This document shows positions 35,201-43,362 of a stretch of DNA of 43,362 nt, piece after piece. Within the stretch, counting starts at the first letter, position 1, and every line of letters begins with the position of its first letter. The stretch spans positions 1 through 43,362 of the forward strand of contig RBNJ01000076.1 in assembly GCA_003990765.1 (NCBI GenBank), given 5' to 3'. The notes under the pieces are model-generated. The model did no database searches. It saw only the letters and a list, made by a program, of their open reading frames with translations, and was not told the DNA's origin. The DNA comes from Jimgerdemannia flammicorona (taxonomy: Eukaryota). The position numbers were made by a program, and so were the translations under genes.

Positions 35201-38020
35201 ATCAGACTATAGATATCACTCAGCCTTCAGTGATTTCCAGACATCTAATCCCCAGCAGTCTACTGTCAGAATTCAGTTGATTCTTGTCTCTAGACCACCC
35301 ACCCAGTGTGGATACACTCTTCTATTACTCCAGAACCCTCTGCTAGTATCTACCAGAGTACTTAGTCTTTCTACCTCCTTCTATACCTCCAGCCCTCCAC
35401 TCCTGCCCTCTACTCCTTGCCTTCCATCAGTTCTATCTACCAGTATATCTCTGACCATATTAAAGTCCCCTCTAAGTACATCTACTCCTACCTCTGTGAG
35501 GACCCCACTCTCCTGAAGCCCCTTCATCCAATCCACTTACTCCCCCCATACTACAGAGCAGTAGTATAAACCCACCATCACCAGCTCCCAACCTGGTTAT
35601 ATCCACTCTCTCCAAATCAGTCTGTCTCCTCAGCTCCTCATATCGTATATCTCCCCTCTGCTCCTCTGGACCAGAATCTCCACCTTGTCCTTCCAGACTG
35701 TCTCACCTCCCTATTCCTTTGTCCATTCCAGTCTATTCAAATTATCCTCACATCTGACATTCTGCAAAAGAAAGAGATTGGCCTCCAATTTCTTCAGTTA
35801 AGCAAAAATGTTTTGATATCTAAATGAATCTCATAACTCATTCATATTTAAAGAAAAAAAGTTAGTTATACTGTTTATAAGAAATATTGTAAAATAGCAA
35901 GTACATCCTCTATTGCTCTATAGTTATCTCCTCCTGAGCCAAGTCTCAATTGTATTCAGCAGCCACCTCCTTCTCTTCAATCCTCTTAGTCTCTAATCCA
36001 ACCAGTAGTTCAGCAAGTTCTCTATCCTCCTTCATCTTAAAATCCTTATGATATATACTCCAGATAAGCCTCCTGCCAAAGCTGTAATCTATGATGCTCC
36101 ACCCAACAGAAGGCAGCCCACTTACCAGCTGTAACTACCAACTTGGCCTCCCTCTCCTTATCAACCTCATACCCTTCCTTCTCTAGAAAACTGCAAGAAT
36201 CTCTACCTTCAGTACCTCCACTATCTTATCACTATATAAGATCTATGCCCAATACTCTTCACTCATCACTCTCAGATCCACCTCTCTCAACTCCTCTGCC
36301 ACAAAGTTGTTTATTATCTGGCACATCCATAGTAGGTTCCCTACCTCTCTCCCCCCTAGAGTTACTAGTCTCCTTCTATCCAGTATCATGGTATCAGCCT
36401 CTGCACTCACAGTCTCATCTCATCCCTCCTCTTGGATATCCACCAGTTCATCCTCACCAACCACTACCATCTGGCCACCCTTTGCTATGTATCTCAGGAA
36501 CTTCAAAGTATACTTACTGGGCCCCCCACATAGGCACATCCTTTGCTACCCTGCCCCTTGAAGCTAGACCTCATCTAATAAGAGGAGTAAGAGTTGGAGA
36601 GTCCTCTCAGATCTCAAACATACCATCTGCATATAGATCATAACCAGTCCCCCTCCTTGTCCACTTCTGGCCCCTTCTTTATACTCTTTCCTTCTTTGCC
36701 AGCCCAGATACTCACTTTGGCTCTCTCCATGACTGCAGTTCTACCAGTGTTCTTCTTTGCCCTACTCTCCAGATTTGCCAACAACTCTCTTTATCTCTTG
36801 CATCCTTGGGACCTTTTCCACAGCTCCTTATTTATATGGATCTGCTTCCCATTCACCATCTCTAAATGTGTCAACTCTATATATATCTTCCAAGTCTTTA
36901 CCCTCTACTTCACAATACTACTTAGCTCCTTCAGTGCCTCTAACAAATCCTCTTCCTCCTCCTCACTCCCCTTTACTCTTGTCACCTTGCACAGAAATGC
37001 CCCCCTATACTATCACTAAAGACCAGTCTCTGGCCTTCTCAGTAGCTTCCTTCTCTATTAACTGAATCTGGACATCAACATCTCTAGTTCTGAATGAGGT
37101 CCCTTCTCAGACCTAGAACCCAATATCTACCACCTCTCTATACTCAGCCATGACTTCCTTGACTCTCTTTCTTATCTCTACAGCAGTCACCATAGACACC
37201 CCTTTTACCAGAAGTTGCACTACCCTGGGGTCTCATCTCAAGCAGTATATTATTGAAATATATACCTCCCTGATAGTCAGTCCAGCCTTCAGTGCCTCCT
37301 CCAATGGTCCAGCCTTCTCAAAGCCCACCACTATCTCTTTCAATCTCTTCAGAAATTTCATAGATACTACTTTAGCCACCTACTTAGCAATTAGCCCTAA
37401 TACTATTTTTGCTGTCACTACCAAGCCCTGGAAGTACAAGATAATCACAAACTCTGAGATTGACTTCTTGAGTAATAGAGCCACTACCAGACCTATTATA
37501 CTGTTAGTTAGATTATTAGACCTCATACCCTTCTCACACTCTGGTCTACCATCAGTAGTCCCATCTAGATTTTTTTTTAGATTACCTATCACACTTCTAT
37601 CAGCAGTCATCTCCTCAGCCACTACTCCACCAGTCCCACTACTCTGGTCCCCCAGAGGAACTTCTCTCTGCTGCTACTATTCTGTAGTCTTTGCTATCTC
37701 CTTACCCCTCCTCAGCCAGCTCTTCAGTCCAGTCATCATCTATCTCCCCTTTATCATATCTACAAAGCTTGCTCTCCCACTTCTCTGTCCTCTAACACTG
37801 CCCCCTCCCCTACTACATCCTCCTGCCAATAGGCCCCTCATGCTTTCCCCCAAGTTAGAGCTTCTCCTCACATATTGCTAGTTGAATATACTTGGGCCTC
37901 TCTGCCCAGTATACACCTCAGAACACTCATCAGTCACTATGTTTCTAGTATCTTTCTTTAAAAACTATATCATAAATATTGTTAGAAGGTTGTGTAATCT
38001 GAATGTTACTGGAGAAAGAT
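32212..38020 (-). mobile_element. LINE-F: full-length degenerate family-2 LINE
   Basis: Poly(T) 32212-32226. GIPQEDPLSSILYALSLEPL (33785-33982), TPEEDGLLWDF (34268-34528), ORF1 fragment 37380-37622. 5' terminus at 38020. No convincing TSD. Confidence 0.92.
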
Positions 38021-38857
38021 ATTGTCTCTAATTTTCTTCACTATATCTCTCTGATGAGCAGTCATTTTAATAAACTTCTTAGTAAGTTTCTCTATAGAAT
38101 TACTATTTCTCTACTATTTTATAATCTTTGATTAAGGTATATTTTAATTAATTACTATTGTAGATATTATACTAATCATCTTAAGTACTTTGATTCTGAC
38201 TTCTATAACTCTCTTTATTATATATATAGTCTTGAGAGTATCTGGTTATCTAATATTACTGAGTATAAGTCATCTTTTATACTAAGTCTAGAACTATTAG
38301 TGTTAATTGAATTATTATAACTATCTCTGGGTGAATTCCTTTTATAAAGGTTATTTTAACTACTTAATCTTTGATGATATTATTATAATCATTCAAGATT
38401 ATCTAATAGTAGATTCAGATATAGAAGATATTTGGATCTTAATTTATTCCTTAGTAAATATTATTGAGTTGGTCCTTCAGAGCTTATTTGATTTTATCTG
38501 TATAGTAGGTAGTTTACAACTAGGTCTTCTGTATTACTAATACTATAGTATTATTGTTTCAGTATGAGTTACTACTATAAATGTAGCTCTTGCTAATTCT
38601 CAGAAACTAAATAACATTAAAGCCACTTGTTATTATACTGATAGAGTCCTTATAGCAGTATATTGCTCAAAATTATCAAAGAAATAATAATTGATTTATT
38701 AGAGATATATATATCTATGAAATACTAGTGGTCTTATATCCATCTTATCTAGATATCTTGGTTCAATTTGAGGATGTGTTTATATGATAACAGTTATTTA
38801 TTATTCAGCTTGAAAGTGAGATATTTATCTTAAATTACTAGCCAATGAGTACTAAAT

Positions 38858-39334
38858 TATAATATAGCAGATATATACTGATAAAAATATAGCAGATTTA
38901 TTTATCTTAAATACTTAATCTTCTTTGACTTCTTGGAGTTCTCAGATATAGGGATGGGTGAGTTTGAAGTATATCTATCTGTAGACTTACTAGTTTCTTA
39001 TCTTTTTACTTGAACTATTTTGATCTGAGGTTTATTTACTCTAGATACTAGAGATATTTATAAGTTTACTAGCTATATAGTAGCTAAGTTATGACTTACT
39101 TTTCTGTGAGTCATTTTTTACAAATAAGAGATCAGTATAGCTGTGAAATCTATATAGATGAGATATCTATACATTTATGCTTTTTATATAATTGAGAGAA
39201 TTATCTATATAAATTATATAACTAAGAGATTAAGTGATTGCTATAATACTATACTATATTGAGAATTAGATTCAGGTACTATAATCAAATATCTATCTCC
39301 TAATTATTATTTCTAATTTAGATCAACTATTATA
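38858..39334 (-). repeat. Probable solo LTR of the Gypsy-2 family
   Basis: Homologous to 31080-31497 at both ends. Termini TATAATA...TATTATA (eroded TG...CA). No clear TSD. Confidence 0.72.
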
Positions 39335-40193
39335 TACTTATTAGATTCAGTACTAAACTCTAGATACTTATCAAACTAAAAACAGTATACTGGACTATAT
39401 ATTTGAAAGATGATATTACTTTATTATTCATCACTCAAGTTGGAAATATTCTTAAAAAATACTCTATAGAGATAGTTGAGAACTTAGGATCAGATACAAA
39501 AAAATATATAGAGTCTTTTGGCAACAATATAGATATAGTTATCAATAAAAAGACAGGCTCATTGTTTGACACTACTGAGAGTAGCTTATTGATAGATAAG
39601 ATATTCTCTCTTATAGTATTTCTTTAATTCTTATTAGTAGTAAAAGATCTAGAAATATTGAATTCTTCTAAGATATTATTAGACTTCATTTGAGTCTGGA
39701 TCTTCAGAGATTCATATATTAATGATGAGAGTTTTATTAGTATTCAATAGCTATAAGAACAATAGTAGCAATCTTATTCTTAGTATCTTTGCTGAGTACT
39801 TATATTGTAGTAAGTTATCTATATCAGATTATTTAGATTATTTATACTTTTCTTTATCAGAGATACATATTTAGAGATATAACTGTCTTTCAGAAATTCT
39901 ATTAGAATTTCTATTATATCAGATATCTGTATTAGATTACTACTTCTTCTATATTTGGCAAAAGGTTATCTTCTTTTTTTTAAGTAGTATTATACTTAGA
40001 GTGTCTTTATTATTTTATAAGATAATACTAGGTGATCTTGGCAGCTCATCCAAATTATGTAGTAGTCCTTGTGATCCAGAATATAATTGACTTTGTATTT
40101 TAATTCTTAATTAATAATAATCAAATCTAATAGTGGCACTATTCTTTCTTTGAAGATATTTTTAATATATAGTTAAAGTTGAAATATATGTAT

Positions 40194-43154
40194 ACCTTTC
40201 TCTATTACAATTTATATTCTATACTTCTTATAATACTTTCTATATAGTTTTTAGAAAAAAAGATATTAATATTATATTAATATATAAGAGTTCTGATAGA
40301 TATACTAAGTTGAATAAATCTGGGACATTTGACTAGCAATATGTCAGGAGAAGTTATAGTCTAAAAATGGACTTTTCCAACAATAATGGTAAGAAGAGAT
40401 AATCTGGCAAGAGTTAGCCACCCAACTTAGATAGTGGAGAATAGAGACTGATGAGTTTTACTAATAAGATAAAGACAGATAGTTGACCTGAGAGTACTCA
40501 TAGCAATAAGTCTGGAGAGAAGGATAAGATAAGTATTGAGAGTTACTGAAGACTCTAGAGGAACTCAGTGGGATAGTAGAGTATAGAGAAGCAGTATGGT
40601 AGACTTATATAGTATTGATATATTTAGAGATAGTAAATAGCAAGTAAACTTATATAGATAAGATAATATAGAAGAAGGCCCAGGAGAGGAAGAGGCAGAG
40701 AGATCTACTGATTGGTCTGAAGGAGAGAATGATGACTGAGACTAAAGAGAGTTCAGAAGGAATAAAGGTGAGTAATTAGACTAGAGATAGAGTAGAAGAG
40801 AAGGAGGAGGGTATGGCAAAGAGTAGAGAGGTAAAGAGTTAGTAGCTCTATGATGATATGTAGTATACTTGAGGTCTGAGAGAAGAAGGAGAATTATATA
40901 GTAAGATTTAATACTCAGAAATGGAGAGTTGTAAAGAATGTAGAGATAAGGAGCATGTATAAGATCTAGTTTGAGATACCAGATATGGCAAAGGTAGGCA
41001 GGTAATCAGAGTAGAGAAGAATGAGCTATATAATATTTCTGAGAAGGAGTGGGATGAGTCTGCTAGTACTGATACTAATATTATACTACTGATAGAGGGG
41101 AGGCCTATATGTAACTCTAGATAGAAAATATATTGATGATATATAATATTTAAGTATAATGATGAATGAGTTGGCTATAGAAAAGCTAGAAGAGATAGAC
41201 TTATACATTATCAGTAAAGAGCTCTGGGTGAGGATATTGAGAAGTAATAGAATGGTAGAGATATTGAAGACTGAGGTTTTGGCTATATTTTTAGAAGAAA
41301 AAGATTATGAGATAGATATAGCAAGGAAGGCTAAATTGGTAGTAGTTGCTGGAGAGTATGCTGCTTTCTGATAGAAGTAGTGATATAGATTACAGTTCTG
41401 GCAAATAATATATAAGGAGTATAAGATAGAGATAGAAGTCAAGAATAATAAAAAGATTGCTGAGATACTAGCTAGATTAGATGCTAAGAAGATTGAGGAG
41501 AAATCAATTACAGAGTATAGTCTAAACTTGACTTAGGAGGAGATAAGTATGGAACTGTAAAGAAGATAAGACTATAATATAATAATTTTTTTAAATAATA
41601 TAACTAATATTTTCTTATAGAATATGAATGATCTGTGGGGTACTGTGAGACCTCAAAATAATTTTGCTTAGCTGCAGAGTTTGGAGATAGATCTTTTTCT
41701 ACTATAGAATATATATACTATAAAGAGAAATTAAATAAATAAGTATAGATGAGAGAGTAGAGTAGTATAGTGATTTGGAGGAATAAGGGGGAGATTCTAG
41801 TATAGAGAGATAAGGGAGAACTATATGAGGTTAGGGGATGAGAAGACTGATTGGTATAAAGAGAGTGGCAAAAACTAAAGTGAGATCTGATAATAGTAGA
41901 CTTTTATTATTATCTGATAATTAGAAGTAATCAAGTAGAGTGACTAAATAGTCTTTATAAGTATGATATACTTGCTGAAGCTAGTATAGATATGCTAAGT
42001 AAGAACTTTAACATGATACAAAATGTACTATTAGACAGAACTAATAGAGGAAGATATATAGTGAGCCATAGTAATAATCTGAATACTTGAGAAAAAGTAG
42101 AGTATCTAAGTTCATTAGTAGATACTAGTAAGATAGTATAGAGTAACTGAAAAATTTATATTTATTGAGAGAATAAACTTAAGACAAGGATTGACTGAAT
42201 GCTGACTGCTGACTACTGAGAGATAGATATCTGAGTAGCTTTAGAAATAAAGTAGTACCTATAGTATAATTATTAGGGGCTTTTAGAGTATAACCAGTTT
42301 GGAGAAAGTAGAGATAGACTTGAACATTAGTGTCTCAATTTTTCCTTATTAGAGAAGAAGAGTTTGTGGGATGCTTGAGTGAAGAATATTGGGACAAAGA
42401 TTGTTCACTAAGAATATAAAGAGTTCTTAGTGAGAGTCTATTAAGTGAAGTTAAAAGAGACTACCAGGGTATATTAGGGTGAGGCTGGTAGATTTAAAGG
42501 GGCTTAAAGGAGATGGTAGATGAGGTAGACCTCTTACAGAATAGAGAGTTACAGTTGGAGTAAGTAGAAATATTGAAACAAGAGGATGTAAAATATTAAA
42601 GACTGAAATAGATCTAGCTGAAGGTAGAGAAGTTGAAGAGAGTGTTGAGAGAGGAGGGGGGGAAGGCTTATATACAAAGTATAGTAGCTTGGCTTTAGTG
42701 GTAGGAGCTTAAAGAAGGTGAGAGGTCTACTAAGTATCTGTCTAGACTTTTTCAGATAAAGAGAGTGAGACAGTAGTTCAATAGAGTGCTCAATGAAAAA
42801 GGTACTCCAGTAAATAAAATATAGAGAATCTTGAGTTCTTTGAAAGATAGTTGGGGAGGTCTGTGGAGTAAGAAAGAAGAGAGTGCTGATGAGAAGGCTA
42901 TTAAGTACTCTCTGAAGGATTGGTACCCTATACAGATTGATAGTCTTGAGAACTTAGTTCAGCTAGTCTAGGAGAATGAAATTTTGAATATCTTATTAGT
43001 TACAAAACAAAGCATAGCTCCTGGTAAGGATGACCTACCTTGGGACTTTTAAAGAAGATAGTGAGAGTTTTAAGAGTATTGGGGGAGATGACAGTACTAT
43101 ATAACTTCATTCTTATATCTAAGCAGTAGATTGGAGATCAGAATCTCAGTCTGG

Positions 43155-43158
<4 letters not shown>
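40194..43158 (+). mobile_element. LINE-G: most degraded family-2 LINE (5' end, partly deleted ORF1, endonuclease, start of RT), interrupted by LINE-H
   Basis: 5' end aligns to the reverse complement of LINE-F at 38020. ORF1 fragment VEILKTEVLAIFLEEKDYEID (41159-41371). NFNMIQ/RID* endonuclease remnants at ~42000-42200. APGKDDLPWDF at ~43015-43050. Confidence 0.88.
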
Positions 43159-43203
<45 letters not shown>

Positions 43204-43362
43204 GCCACAAGGGCTTCTACTTTATTATCAGACTGTCTATAATATACTAATACAAATAAATTCTCTCACCCAATCCTACTTAGAATCTCTCTCTCCCTCT
43301 CATTATTCTCTTGAAATACTGCCAATCTTCTAGTTACCCCAATTCTCCCTCTACTCTTTCTA
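43159..43362 (-). mobile_element. LINE-H: 3' end of another LINE running off the window
   Basis: Poly(T) 43159-43200, followed by TTTATT (AATAAA on the minus strand) and a 3' region similar to the other copies' 3' ends. Confidence 0.82.

Noticed and set aside
32200-38030. TSD for LINE-F (atgtct / ttgtct)
   Set aside because: Too short and low in complexity, and the flanks are not colinear parts of one element.
39403-39627. 74-aa ORF in the AT-rich relic region 38021-40190
   Set aside because: No recognisable motif in heavily eroded CpG-free DNA; cannot assign.

Overview
Eukaryotic, almost certainly fungal, repeat-dense DNA that looks like heterochromatin. About 85-90% of the window is nested, mutationally eroded transposable elements. 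There are eight copies or fragments of L1/Tx1-like non-LTR retrotransposons (LINEs) in two families, each built from ORF1, an APE-endonuclease/RT/CCHC ORF2 and AATAAA+poly(A). There are also two Ty3/Gypsy LTR-retrotransposon remnants with related LTR pieces, and a 600-bp almost fully palindromic hAT-type MITE with an 8-bp TSD. Repeats show near-total CpG loss and many C>T/G>A nonsense changes (RIP/methylation-like decay), graded with apparent age. One CpG-retaining island (~6880-9850) holds the only credible host gene, a small protein with a C-terminal Zn(II)2Cys6 cluster preceded by an extra half-cluster. Most notable: (i) both divergent Gypsy remnants carry a homologous, unannotated extra ORF between pol and the 3' LTR; (ii) the CpG-erasure boundary falls inside a single LTR near its TATA box; (iii) a TSD-flanked LINE derivative fuses ORF1 in frame to RT and lacks the endonuclease. 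All alignments and translations were done by eye, and boundaries are approximate unless a TSD or TIR is cited.
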